Source: an uncultured Gemmatimonadales bacterium
GTDB taxonomy: Bacteria > Gemmatimonadota > Gemmatimonadetes > Gemmatimonadales > Gemmatimonadaceae
DNA: 64,000 nucleotides
Reading direction: 5' to 3'
Assembly (NCBI GenBank): GCA_963850905.1
Contig: CAWKMU010000003.1
Span: 2,208,001 to 2,272,000 of the forward strand
Shown here one piece after another: positions 29,880 through 39,822 of this stretch. The notes under the pieces are model-generated. The model was not told where the DNA came from. It did not search any database and saw only the letters and a program-made list of their open reading frames with translations. The position numbers and the translations under genes are program-made. The first letter of the stretch is position 1, and every line of letters starts with the position of its first letter.

Positions 29880-32867
29880 GTGCTGACAATTCTGTGGAAG
29901 CACTGGCCGCGCGTACTGTCTGCGTTGGCCGTTTTGAGTGGCGTGCTAGCGTTCAGTCCACGAGCAGATGCTCAGGCCACGACTCGCCGACTCACCGGGC
30001 ACGTGGTCGACGCGGAGGGTGGCGCCCCAGTGCCGGGGGCGACCGTGTTGGTCAACGGCACCACCCTGGGCACGCAGACGAGTGACAGCGGAGCCTTTGG
30101 GGTACGTGTGCCCGACGGACCGCTAACCCTTACGGTGCGAAGGCTCGGATACACCGCAGCGACGGTGAACGTCTCGGCAACAGACGACAACCTGCGGGTG
30201 AGTCTCACGCGGGACGTCCTGCATCTGCAAGAGCAGGTTGTGACCGGTGTGACCACAACGGTGGGATCCGAGAACGCTGCCAACGACGTGGCGGTCGTGA
30301 ACTCGGACGAGCTTAACCGCGTACCAGCGCCGACGATCGAGAACGCGCTTCAGGGGAAGGTGCCGGCCGCAATCATCCAACAGAACAACGGAGGAGCTCC
30401 CGGCGGCGGCATGCAGATCCAGATCCGCGGAGTCACATCGATCTTCGCCAATGCCTATCCGCTCTACGTTATCGACGGCATCATGGTCAACAACGAGACC
30501 GCCAACAGCGGTCTCAACACAATTAGCCAGGCAGGTGGCGGTACCAACGGCTCGGGCGTCGGACCGGACGAGCAGGACACGAGCCCCAATCGGATTGCAG
30601 ACATCAATCCTGATGACATCCAGAGCATCGAGGTGTTGAAAGGAGCCTCCGCTTCAGCGATTTACGGCTCGAAGGCGTCGGCGGGCGTGATCATCATCAC
30701 GACCAAGAAAGGAACTGCAGGTAAGCCGCAGTGGACCTTCTCACAGAAAGTCGGGCAGTTCGCCATCTCGAACACCTACGGGCTGCGCACCTTCCCGACG
30801 CTCGCCAGCGCAGAGGCGTGGGGGAACGAGTACGGCTACACCCAGGAGTTCATCAACAGCGTGTACGGCGGTCCGCAAGACTACCAGGCGCAGCTGTTCG
30901 GCAACAACCAGCTGTCGTACGAGACTGACCTGAGCGTCAGCGGCACGTCTGGCCAGACGCAGTATTTCATCTCGGGTCTCGCCAAGTACGACAACGGATC
31001 CCAGTTGAATACCGGCTACAACAAGCAGACGCTGCGGGCCAACGTGACCCAGGGCATCCTGACGAACCTGTCCGCCACGCTGAACCTCAATTTCGCGCAC
31101 TCCCTCACCCGTCGAGGACTCACGGGAAACGACAACATCGGCGCTAGCCCGTATACCGTTTTCTCGTATACGCCACAACTGGTGTCCCTCAACCACGAGA
31201 ACCCGGACGGGAGTTGGCCACTGAATCCGTTCGGACCGGCGAATCCGTTCGCGGACGCGGCCGAGATGCAAACACCCGAGGAAGTCTCTCGTGGGATCGC
31301 CGGCGGGAACATCGACTGGACTCCTTGGCAGACCGAGCATCAGTCGTTGCGCGTGACGCTGGTCGGAGGCGCCGATTACACGTACCAGAGCGACTTGTTT
31401 TTCGCACCCCCCAGCCTGCAGGTCGAACAGGTCATTCCCTCGGGCCTGCCGGGCGTGTCGCAGGACAACTATGCCAACACCACGTATCTGACCTATTCGA
31501 TCAACCTGGTCCATCACTACACCGGACTGTCGTGGTTGGATGCGACGACCTCCATCGGATACGTGCGTGAGAAGCGATCGCTCGACAACCCGACGGCCGC
31601 TGGCCAGAATCTGATCGCGGGTGCGAACGCGCCGACACTCGGCGCGGTGCAGACGGTCACGTATAGCGCGTACGAGACGAAAGACCAGTCGCTGTACGCT
31701 CAGGAGCAGGCTTTGCTGCTGCAACAGCGCCTGGCGCTGACCGCCGGCATCACCGCCGAGAAAACGACGAACGACGGCGACATCAACAAGTTCTATCCGT
31801 TTCCGCGGTTCTCGGCGTCGTACCGCATCCCCCAGTTTGCCAGCTGGTTCGATGAGCTCAAACTGCGCGCGGCGTATGGCCAGTCTGGGACGCAGCCGAA
31901 CTACGGCGTCAAGTACACGCCATTCAACGAGGGAACCACGAGCGGCGTGGCCGGGGTGTATTCAAACCTGTTGATCGGCAACCCGAACATTACACCTGAA
32001 CACGAGGCCGAGACCGAGCTGGGTTTCGACGCGACGTTCTTCAAGTCGCGCGCACAGTTCAGTCTGACCGTGTATCAGAAGCGCATCAGCGACCTGCTGC
32101 TGCAGGCCAACGTCTCGCCCTCGCTGGGCTATGACGAGCAATGGTTCAATGGAGGGGAATTCACCAACCAGGGGATCGAGCTGCAACTGACGGCGACGCC
32201 AGTGCAGTTGCGGAACGGATTCACGTGGGTGTCGACGACGTCGCTCTACCGGAATTACAGCGTCGTGAATTCACTCCCGGTGCCCGCGTTCGTGCTCAAC
32301 GCCAGTGGCGGCGGCAACCTGGGCACGGGCCTGATCCAAGTGGGGCGATCCGTTTCTCAGCTCGTTGGCGCGAACGCCGCTGGTGCAACCGTGCAAGTTG
32401 GCGACGTGTACCCCGCGTGGGTCTCGAACTTCGACAACGAGTTCAGCTTTGGGCCGTTCCATGCTGGCGCGCTCGTGGTCTGGTCCAAGGGCGGCAATAC
32501 CGGCAACTTCACCGACTTCGAAATGGACGTCAGCCAGGGATTGCTGGCAGATTCGGCGCTGAGTGCGAAGCGAAATGCGGAGAACGCGGCCGGCCTGACG
32601 GCGTACCTCGAGTCCGCGACCTTCGTCAAGCTCCGCGAAGTTTCGCTGAGCTACATCCTGCCCCAGCGCTGGTTTGGATGGGCGTCCGGGCGGATCCACA
32701 GCGTCCGGCTCTCGCTCGAAGGACGCGATCTGTTCCTCTGGAGTCCGTACACCGGACTCGATCCGGAAGTCAACTTCATCGGCAACACGCAGGTGGCACG
32801 AGGACAGGATGTCACGCCGTATCCGCCGGCGCGTAGTTATTTCCTTGGCCTCGACCTGGGCTTTTGA
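29880..32867 (+). CDS. SusC/RagA family TonB-dependent outer membrane protein
   Basis: Carboxypeptidase-regulatory-like N-domain; PLYVIDG; DINPDDIQSIEVLKGASASAIYGSKASAGVIIITTKKG; C-terminal F. Confidence 0.95.
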   Translation: MLTILWKHWPRVLSALAVLSGVLAFSPRADAQATTRRLTGHVVDAEGGAPVPGATVLVNGTTLGTQTSDSGAFGVRVPDGPLTLTVRRLGYTAATVNVSATDDNLRVSLTRDVLHLQEQVVTGVTTTVGSENAANDVAVVNSDELNRVPAPTIENALQGKVPAAIIQQNNGGAPGGGMQIQIRGVTSIFANAYPLYVIDGIMVNNETANSGLNTISQAGGGTNGSGVGPDEQDTSPNRIADINPDDIQSIEVLKGASASAIYGSKASAGVIIITTKKGTAGKPQWTFSQKVGQFAISNTYGLRTFPTLASAEAWGNEYGYTQEFINSVYGGPQDYQAQLFGNNQLSYETDLSVSGTSGQTQYFISGLAKYDNGSQLNTGYNKQTLRANVTQGILTNLSATLNLNFAHSLTRRGLTGNDNIGASPYTVFSYTPQLVSLNHENPDGSWPLNPFGPANPFADAAEMQTPEEVSRGIAGGNIDWTPWQTEHQSLRVTLVGGADYTYQSDLFFAPPSLQVEQVIPSGLPGVSQDNYANTTYLTYSINLVHHYTGLSWLDATTSIGYVREKRSLDNPTAAGQNLIAGANAPTLGAVQTVTYSAYETKDQSLYAQEQALLLQQRLALTAGITAEKTTNDGDINKFYPFPRFSASYRIPQFASWFDELKLRAAYGQSGTQPNYGVKYTPFNEGTTSGVAGVYSNLLIGNPNITPEHEAETELGFDATFFKSRAQFSLTVYQKRISDLLLQANVSPSLGYDEQWFNGGEFTNQGIELQLTATPVQLRNGFTWVSTTSLYRNYSVVNSLPVPAFVLNASGGGNLGTGLIQVGRSVSQLVGANAAGATVQVGDVYPAWVSNFDNEFSFGPFHAGALVVWSKGGNTGNFTDFEMDVSQGLLADSALSAKRNAENAAGLTAYLESATFVKLREVSLSYILPQRWFGWASGRIHSVRLSLEGRDLFLWSPYTGLDPEVNFIGNTQVARGQDVTPYPPARSYFLGLDLGF

Positions 32868-32868
32868 T

Positions 32869-34467
32869 ATGCCACTCACAACAGTCACCGAGACCGCCCG
32901 TCCGCACATCCGCGACGGGCGTAGCAGCCGGCGCACTCTGTGCGTGGCCGTCGCAGCCGCCGTCGTCGTGACGGCCAGCTGCAAGGACAGCAACGTACCA
33001 TACCTGACCGCGCCGACGACGATCGCGAACACGACCACCGGCGTGCAGAATGCCGTGACCGGTCTCTTCAGCGCGTCGCGGAACGACGTCGTGAACTACA
33101 TCACGTTCCTGTCGACCTTTTCCCGCGACGCGGCCAACTTCACGAACACGGAGGCGCGGTATATCACCGAGGGACTGGCGATCATGCCGATCCCCAACAC
33201 GGACGGGTTTTTCTCAGCGAGCGTCTGGGACATCGAGTATCGCAATGCCAAGTACGCCAATCAAATCATGGCGTCCTTGCCAAATGTCGTTCCCCCGCTC
33301 TCGACCGATACGATCGCCGCGATCGTCGGGATCGTTCAAACCATGAAGGCACTCAACTTCATGATGCTCGCCGAGACGCGAGACACGTTGGGTGTGTCGA
33401 TCTACTCGATCGACGTGACCAACGGCGTGCCGGCTCCGATGCTCTGTAATAAGGACGTGTGGGCCTACATCGTCGCTCTGCTGGACTCGGGGAACGCGGC
33501 ACTCAACACCGCGGGCAGCCTCGCTCTCCCGGTTTCGCTGCCGTCGGGTTTCGGGTCGGTGTCGTCCTCGGCCGGACCCAGCACGGTGCCAGGGTCCTTC
33601 GCCGCGTTCAACCGCGCGCTGGCGGGCAAAGCGGGTCTCGAATACGCCTACGCGATCGCACGTCAATCCGGGGCGGGTCCGACGCCCACTTCCGCGGGCT
33701 CACCGAGCGCCGCGGCGCTCACTCGCGCAGACAGTGCACTCAAGGCGTCCGTACTGTTCGCGCCCACGTCGCTCACCCCGCCGGCACCCGGCGGTTTCGT
33801 CTACGGCGATGCATTTACTGTCTCCAACGCCTGGAGCGCGCAGTCGGGCGACCAGGTGAACCCGATCAACGGCGAGATCGGGACGCTGGCCGTGTTGTGG
33901 GATTTGGTCGTCGACGTCGACACCGTGCACGACGCCCGGTGGGCGGCCAAGTTCAGCGTCAATCCGAATTCGGTGCAACAGCTGGCCTTCAACGGCGTCG
34001 CTTCGCCGTATATCTACTCGTACTATGGCACCCCGAGCTCTCCGACACCCATCGTACGGGATGAGGAGTTGACGCTTGTGGATGCACAGATCCAGCTCGG
34101 GCTTGGCAACTATGCCGGGGCGATCGGATTGATCAACGACGTTCACCAAGAGGCTGGCGGGTTTACTACGCCGCTTTCGATCGCCGCTACCTACACGGCT
34201 GTCCGCGACACCCTGATGAAGGAGCAACGAATCTCGACGGCTCTCGAGGGGAGCGAAGATCGGGTGATCGCGATCCGCATGTACGGGATGGAGCCAGTCT
34301 CCGATACGACATGGAACGCGACCTCCGGTCCGGACGCAGCGGCGTATCAAGCGGCCAAAGGCTCCATCGGGCCGTTCACCGACTTACACACGACGGTGCT
34401 GCCGCCGCCCGCCAGTGAAGGGCTGGGGCGCGGCGGGAGTTATACGTTGAGCTGCAATTCGCCGTAG
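32869..34467 (+). CDS. RagB/SusD family lipoprotein
   Basis: Lipobox TASC; directly after susC; PIVRDEELTL, EQRI..LEG. Confidence 0.85.
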   Translation: MPLTTVTETARPHIRDGRSSRRTLCVAVAAAVVVTASCKDSNVPYLTAPTTIANTTTGVQNAVTGLFSASRNDVVNYITFLSTFSRDAANFTNTEARYITEGLAIMPIPNTDGFFSASVWDIEYRNAKYANQIMASLPNVVPPLSTDTIAAIVGIVQTMKALNFMMLAETRDTLGVSIYSIDVTNGVPAPMLCNKDVWAYIVALLDSGNAALNTAGSLALPVSLPSGFGSVSSSAGPSTVPGSFAAFNRALAGKAGLEYAYAIARQSGAGPTPTSAGSPSAAALTRADSALKASVLFAPTSLTPPAPGGFVYGDAFTVSNAWSAQSGDQVNPINGEIGTLAVLWDLVVDVDTVHDARWAAKFSVNPNSVQQLAFNGVASPYIYSYYGTPSSPTPIVRDEELTLVDAQIQLGLGNYAGAIGLINDVHQEAGGFTTPLSIAATYTAVRDTLMKEQRISTALEGSEDRVIAIRMYGMEPVSDTTWNATSGPDAAAYQAAKGSIGPFTDLHTTVLPPPASEGLGRGGSYTLSCNSP

Positions 34468-34481
34468 GGCAGAACCGCCGT

Positions 34482-34614
34482 ATCAGGGGTCAGGGATCAG
34501 GGATCAGGGATCAGGGATCAGGGATCAGGGAATTAACAACGAAGGCCGGTTGCAGTGGGACGCGACCGGCCTTCCGATTTGTTCCCTGACCCCTGACCCC
34601 CGATCCCTGATCCC
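34482..34614. repeat. Hairpin flanked by inverted (ATCAGGG)n arrays; possible terminator of susCD
   Basis: 7 RTCAGGG units at 34482-34530; stem GAAGGCCGGTTGC (34541-53) / GCGACCGGCCTTC (34562-74); 4 CCCTGAY-like units at 34584-34611. Confidence 0.92.
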
Positions 34615-34646
34615 GTTCTTCTGGCCTACCTCTATCTTTCGCCCCG

Positions 34647-36836
34647 ATGCGCAGCATTGAATTGCTCACCGCCTCTCTCGTCGCGAGCGTGCTCGCGGCT
34701 TCGACTGCCGGTGCGCAGCTGTGCGACGGGCCCGTCGATACGCTTGCCGCGAGCCGAGACCTCTATTGTATGACGCTGATCGCCGTGCCCGGCTTGGACA
34801 CGGTGTCGGGTCGCGTGGAGCTCGGGCGGCTCGCCGGTCCGTTCACCGTCACCGTCACCCCCGACGGCCGGCCGGTCTACGCGCCGGTCGCGGATGTCTC
34901 GGGGTTACCCGCGCCGCGCGCGTTTGGCGCGTATACGACCTACGTCGCCTGGGCGGCGAGTCCGACCATGTACCCGATCGAAAAGCTCGGGCCCATCGGC
35001 AATGGCCGCACGCGACTGGCGCCGCTCGATCTGGACCCGTTCGTGCTGCTGATCACCGCTGAGCCGGCGGCCACGGTGGCCCAGCCGTCCGGCCGCGTGG
35101 TGTTGCGCGGCGGCTCGCCCAGTACGCGGCTCCAGCCGCCCGACCTCCTGCAGTTTTCGATCGGCGCCATCCGGGAGCCGCCGACCGCAGTCGGGGCGCC
35201 CGTGTCGAACGAGGCGCAGGTCGGTCGCGACTCGAACGAGCACGCCGACGCTGGTTCTTCCCAGACTGCTCGCTGGCTTGGCGTGCCTATGGTGCCGGGC
35301 GTAGCCATGCTGCCCGCCGAAATGGCGCTACGGCCGGCGGTCGTCCCATATCTCCCGTCGTCGCCTGCGGGTGAGCCGGCGCCCATCGTGCATCCGAGCA
35401 CCGTGCTGCGGCTCAGCAACGGCGATACGCTCCATCTGACCGCGGCGCTCGTACGCAAGCAGATCGCCGGCCATCTGGTCACCATGTATGCGTTCAACGG
35501 CCAGTACCCCGGGCCTGCCATTTCCGTCCCGCAGGGATCCGAGATCGTTGTCGACTTGTCCAATCATCTCGATCAGCCGACGACGGTTCACTGGCACGGG
35601 ATCCGGCTCGACGCGCGATACAATGGCGTGCCCGATCTGTCCCAGCCGGCGGTCGGCCCCGGCGGCCACTTCATCTACCACGTTCGCTTTCCGGACGCGG
35701 GTATCTACTGGTATCACCCTCACGTCCGCGAAGACGTCCAGCAATCGCTCGGTCTGTTCGGATCGATCGTCGTGCGCTCGGCTCGACGCGACTACTTCGG
35801 CCGTGCCAACCGCGAAGTGCCGCTCGTGCTCAACGACGTGCTCGTCGGCGACGCGGGGCTCGTGCCATTCGGTGCGAACGCAACAACACATGCCCTCATG
35901 GGGCGGTTTGGCAACGTGTTGCTCGTCAACGGCGAGCCACGCTATGAGCTCACGGTCCGGCGCGGTGAGGTCGTCCAGTTCGACCTGACCAACGCGTCCG
36001 CGGCCCGAACCTACAACCTCTCGTTCCCAAACGCGCGCATGAAGGTCGTCGGCAGCGATGCCGGCAACTTCGAGCGCGAAGCCTGGGTGACCAGCGTCGT
36101 CATTGCCCCGGCCGAACGGTATATCATCCAAGTCAGATTCGATCGTCCGGGCCTCATTCCGCTCATGAATCGCGTCCGCGGACTGGATCACCTGTTCGGG
36201 CGGTTCGTACGTCTTGCCGATACCTTGGGCGTGGTCCGCGTGACGCGGGACCCGGTCCGTGCGGACTATGCCGCGAGCTTCGAGTCGCTGCGCACGGATA
36301 CGGCGGCCCGAGCGAGTATTGAGCATTTTCGGCCATACTTCGACCGGCCGGTCGATCGGACGCTCGTGCTGACCATGAGGACGCACGACCTGCCATTTGT
36401 CTCCCACCAGCTCATGCTGATCGATTCGGCGTACTTCACGCCCGTGGAATGGGCAGGCACGATGCCCAACATGAATTGGGCGTCGACCACGGACCAGGTC
36501 CAATGGATCCTACGCGATCCGGCGACGGGCAAGGAGGGCATGGACATTGGCTGGCGATTTCGCCGCGGGGATGTCGTCAAGCTCCGTCTCGTCAATCAGC
36601 GTGGGGTGCTGCACGGCATGCAGCATCCGATTCATATCCACGGCCAGCGATTCCTGGTGTTGGCCGTCAACGGCGTTGCGAACGACGACCTGGTGTGGAA
36701 GGACACCGTCGTGGTCCCCGCCGGTGCTGCGGTCGACATCCTGCTGGATCTGTCCAACCCGGGTCCATGGATGCTACACTGTCACATCGCCGAGCACTTG
36801 GCGGCGCAGATGATGACCGTCTTCCACGTCGATTGA
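34647..36836 (+). CDS. Multicopper oxidase with extra N-terminal domain
   Basis: HWHG, WYHPH, HPIHIHG and HCHIAEH....M copper motifs; signal peptide. Confidence 0.92.
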   Translation: MRSIELLTASLVASVLAASTAGAQLCDGPVDTLAASRDLYCMTLIAVPGLDTVSGRVELGRLAGPFTVTVTPDGRPVYAPVADVSGLPAPRAFGAYTTYVAWAASPTMYPIEKLGPIGNGRTRLAPLDLDPFVLLITAEPAATVAQPSGRVVLRGGSPSTRLQPPDLLQFSIGAIREPPTAVGAPVSNEAQVGRDSNEHADAGSSQTARWLGVPMVPGVAMLPAEMALRPAVVPYLPSSPAGEPAPIVHPSTVLRLSNGDTLHLTAALVRKQIAGHLVTMYAFNGQYPGPAISVPQGSEIVVDLSNHLDQPTTVHWHGIRLDARYNGVPDLSQPAVGPGGHFIYHVRFPDAGIYWYHPHVREDVQQSLGLFGSIVVRSARRDYFGRANREVPLVLNDVLVGDAGLVPFGANATTHALMGRFGNVLLVNGEPRYELTVRRGEVVQFDLTNASAARTYNLSFPNARMKVVGSDAGNFEREAWVTSVVIAPAERYIIQVRFDRPGLIPLMNRVRGLDHLFGRFVRLADTLGVVRVTRDPVRADYAASFESLRTDTAARASIEHFRPYFDRPVDRTLVLTMRTHDLPFVSHQLMLIDSAYFTPVEWAGTMPNMNWASTTDQVQWILRDPATGKEGMDIGWRFRRGDVVKLRLVNQRGVLHGMQHPIHIHGQRFLVLAVNGVANDDLVWKDTVVVPAGAAVDILLDLSNPGPWMLHCHIAEHLAAQMMTVFHVD

Positions 36837-36874
36837 CCCCGTACCCTCACCGAAGCGTTGCGGAGGACCGGCCC

Positions 36875-38320
36875 GTGCCCGTGTCTCGTCTCGTCTTAGC
36901 GATCGCGCTGCTGGCGTTCGCCACCGCCCAGCCTCGACTCGCGCTGGCCCAGCCAGCGGCGACCCTCGGGGACACGACGCGGCATTATGTCACCGTCAGT
37001 GAGCCCGTCGTCGCACTGACGCACGTGACGATCATCGATGGGACAGGCGCCGCACCGAAGGCGGACCAGACCATCATCATCCGTGATGGCAAGATCGCGC
37101 AGGTCGGGCCCGCCGCGAGTGTCACGGCCCCGGCGGGTGCTCGGGTCATGGCGCTCTCTGGCCAGACCGTGATCCCGGGCTTGGTCGGGATGCACGACCA
37201 CTTGTTCTACACGGCCGCCGGCGGCCGGGAGATGGTGTTGTCGTATTCCGGACCTCGACTGTACCTCGGGTCCGGTGTCACCACGATCCGCACCACCGGA
37301 GCGACTGAGCCCTACGGCGACATCAATACCAAGCACTCGGTCAATGGCGGGCAGACTCCCGGACCGCACATCATCATCACGTCGCCCTACATCACGGGGC
37401 CGGAGGGCGGCAGCAACATGGCCGTGTTGGCGTCTCCGGAGCAAGCCAGGCAGTTCGTCGACTACTGGGTCGGTGAGGGCGTACAGTGGATCAAAGCGTA
37501 CACCGATATTCGCCGCGCCGAGCTCAAAGCGGTGATCGACGAAGCCCACCGCCGCGGGATCAAGGTGACTGGGCATCTCTGTTCGGTCTCATATCGCGAG
37601 GCGGTCGAGCTGGGGATCGACAATCTCGAGCACGGGTTCTTCACGGCCACGGACTTCGACCCCACCAAGCAGCCCGACGTCTGTCCTGCAGGGAGTTTTA
37701 CGCGGGTGGCCGCAACCAATCCAAGTAGCGACATCGGGCGCTCGGTGATTCAGACAATGATCGGCCACAAGGTGCCAATGACCTCGACGCTGGCCGTACT
37801 CGAGCCGTTCTTCCCGAATCGACCGGTGACGGACAAGCGGACCCTCGACGCGATGGCCCCGGAGGTGCGCCAGGCCTATCTGCACATGCGCGCACACATC
37901 GACTCCGGCGCGGCCGTGAAGTGGCCGTTCACGCTGGACATGCTCAAGAACGCGATGACCTTCGAGAAGGAGTTCGTCGACGCCGGTGGGGTCCTGGGCG
38001 TCGGCGTCGATCCGACGGGAATCGGCGGCGCACTCCCGGGCTTCGGGGACCAGCGCAACTACGAGTTGTTGATCGAGGCGGGATTTACTCCCTCCCAGGT
38101 CATCCAATTCATGTCCGCGAACGGCGCCAAGATCCTGGGCCAGTACGACGAGTTTGGCTCGATCGAGTCGGGGAAGCGGGCGGATCTCGTCGTGTTGAAT
38201 GGGAACCTGGCGGCAGACCCGTCGACGATTCGGAAGGTGACGACCGTGTTCAAGGATGGCGTTGGATACGACTCGCCCAAGCTGATCGCATCGGTCGCCG
38301 GGCACGTCGGGATCAATTAG
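36875..38320 (+). CDS. Secreted amidohydrolase family protein
   Basis: VIPGLVGMHDH, GVTTIRT, IKAY, GHL, EHG, GKRADLVVL. Confidence 0.9.
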   Translation: MPVSRLVLAIALLAFATAQPRLALAQPAATLGDTTRHYVTVSEPVVALTHVTIIDGTGAAPKADQTIIIRDGKIAQVGPAASVTAPAGARVMALSGQTVIPGLVGMHDHLFYTAAGGREMVLSYSGPRLYLGSGVTTIRTTGATEPYGDINTKHSVNGGQTPGPHIIITSPYITGPEGGSNMAVLASPEQARQFVDYWVGEGVQWIKAYTDIRRAELKAVIDEAHRRGIKVTGHLCSVSYREAVELGIDNLEHGFFTATDFDPTKQPDVCPAGSFTRVAATNPSSDIGRSVIQTMIGHKVPMTSTLAVLEPFFPNRPVTDKRTLDAMAPEVRQAYLHMRAHIDSGAAVKWPFTLDMLKNAMTFEKEFVDAGGVLGVGVDPTGIGGALPGFGDQRNYELLIEAGFTPSQVIQFMSANGAKILGQYDEFGSIESGKRADLVVLNGNLAADPSTIRKVTTVFKDGVGYDSPKLIASVAGHVGIN

Positions 38321-39822
38321 GCGCGCGCGACCGCCGCGGCGAGAGTCGTCGCGGCAGCTTCCTCTCTCCGCTGGTGCGCGGCCAGTGTGGCGCGCACCGC
38401 GACGAGCGCATCGCGATACTGCGCCAGGCTTCGGGTGAGCGAAGCCGGCGCCGGGCCGCCCGGCACGGTGCGAACGGCGATGAAGTGCTCCGGGGTGGCG
38501 AAGGCTCGGAATGTCGGCTCGTCCACGACGGGGGGACGTCCCGTCACTCCGGCGAAGGCATCGGCAAAGGTCTTGTACGCGACCGTCGCGAGCGTGCTCC
38601 GCGTCGGTGCCAGTGCTCGGGCGAGTCGTGCGCAGATCTCGTGCGCCTCGCCAAAGGACAGGCCTTCTGTGCGAACCAGGGAGTCCGCGACCTCGGTCAT
38701 CGTCACACACGACGCCTCGATGTCCCGGCGCACGGCGGCTTCGTCGATACGCACAGCACGCACAAAGGCTTCGAGCAGCTCCAGCACGCGCTGTGTGGTG
38801 TCGATGGCAATGTAGCCGACCTCGTGCACCGCGTAGTCGTTGTCGTTCATGTCGGTGAACGGCGTGTTGTGCATTGCCAGCACCACGGCGTCGCAGTGCC
38901 CGATGCCCGTGGAGCTGAGCAAGCGCAGATGCTCGATCGCGACGGGATTGCGCTTTTGAGGCATGATCGAGCTTCGCTGCACGAATCCGTCGGGGACCCG
39001 CAGGTGGCCGACCTCGAAGGCCGCCCGCTGCCCGAGATCCTGCACGAACCGGCCAATGTTGATGAGCATGACCTTGAGTGTCTCGAACGCCTCGGTGACG
39101 TAGTCGCAGGAGGCGATCGCGCCATAGGAATTGTCCTGTACCCGCTCAAATCCGAGGAGTGTCGCCATCCGATCCCGGTCGATCGGGAAACCGGTTGTGG
39201 TAATGGCCGCCGCCCCCATGCTGCAGAGATCTGCTGTCACGTACGCGTGAAGGATCCGGTCCGCGTCGCGGAGCAGGACCTCGATCATGCCGCCGAGGTA
39301 GTGTCCCCACGTCGTCGGTTGGGCCGGCTGGCCATGCGTATAGGCCAGCACGAGCGTATCGCGGTCGCGTGTCGCTGCTTCGATCAGCGCATCAATGACT
39401 CGTACCAGTGACTCGCCCACCGCGAGCAACCGCCGCTTGAGCGCCATCTTCAGGATTGTCTGATCCATGTCGTTCCGGCTGCGCCCCGTATGCAACCGGC
39501 CCGCGACGTGATTCCCCAGTCGCTCACACAGCTCCCCTTCGACCAGGAAAAAGAAATCCTCATGTTTGCCGCTGTAGCGCAGCGCCTCGAGGCCCGCCGC
39601 GAGCTCGGACTCGACCCGATCGAGGGCGCCCAGGATCGCGCGGGCGTCCGTCGCAGACAGGATGCCGCGCTCGGCCAGCATGACGGCGTGCGCGCGATCG
39701 ACGCGTATCAGGTCGCGCCAATGGTGACGCTTGATCGCCTCGAAGAGCGGTGCGAGGACGGTGTGGCTGTACGCGGGAGCGGGAAATCGATCGGCGCTGC
39801 CTGGTGGCGACCCTTCGGTCAC
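38317..39822 (-). CDS. argH: Argininosuccinate lyase (fumarate lyase superfamily)
   Basis: LHTGRSRND, YTHGQPAQP, SSIMPQKRNP; GTG start overlaps the upstream stop. Confidence 0.8.
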   Translation of the reverse strand: MTEGSPPGSADRFPAPAYSHTVLAPLFEAIKRHHWRDLIRVDRAHAVMLAERGILSATDARAILGALDRVESELAAGLEALRYSGKHEDFFFLVEGELCERLGNHVAGRLHTGRSRNDMDQTILKMALKRRLLAVGESLVRVIDALIEAATRDRDTLVLAYTHGQPAQPTTWGHYLGGMIEVLLRDADRILHAYVTADLCSMGAAAITTTGFPIDRDRMATLLGFERVQDNSYGAIASCDYVTEAFETLKVMLINIGRFVQDLGQRAAFEVGHLRVPDGFVQRSSIMPQKRNPVAIEHLRLLSSTGIGHCDAVVLAMHNTPFTDMNDNDYAVHEVGYIAIDTTQRVLELLEAFVRAVRIDEAAVRRDIEASCVTMTEVADSLVRTEGLSFGEAHEICARLARALAPTRSTLATVAYKTFADAFAGVTGRPPVVDEPTFRAFATPEHFIAVRTVPGGPAPASLTRSLAQYRDALVAVRATLAAHQRREEAAATTLAAAVARA

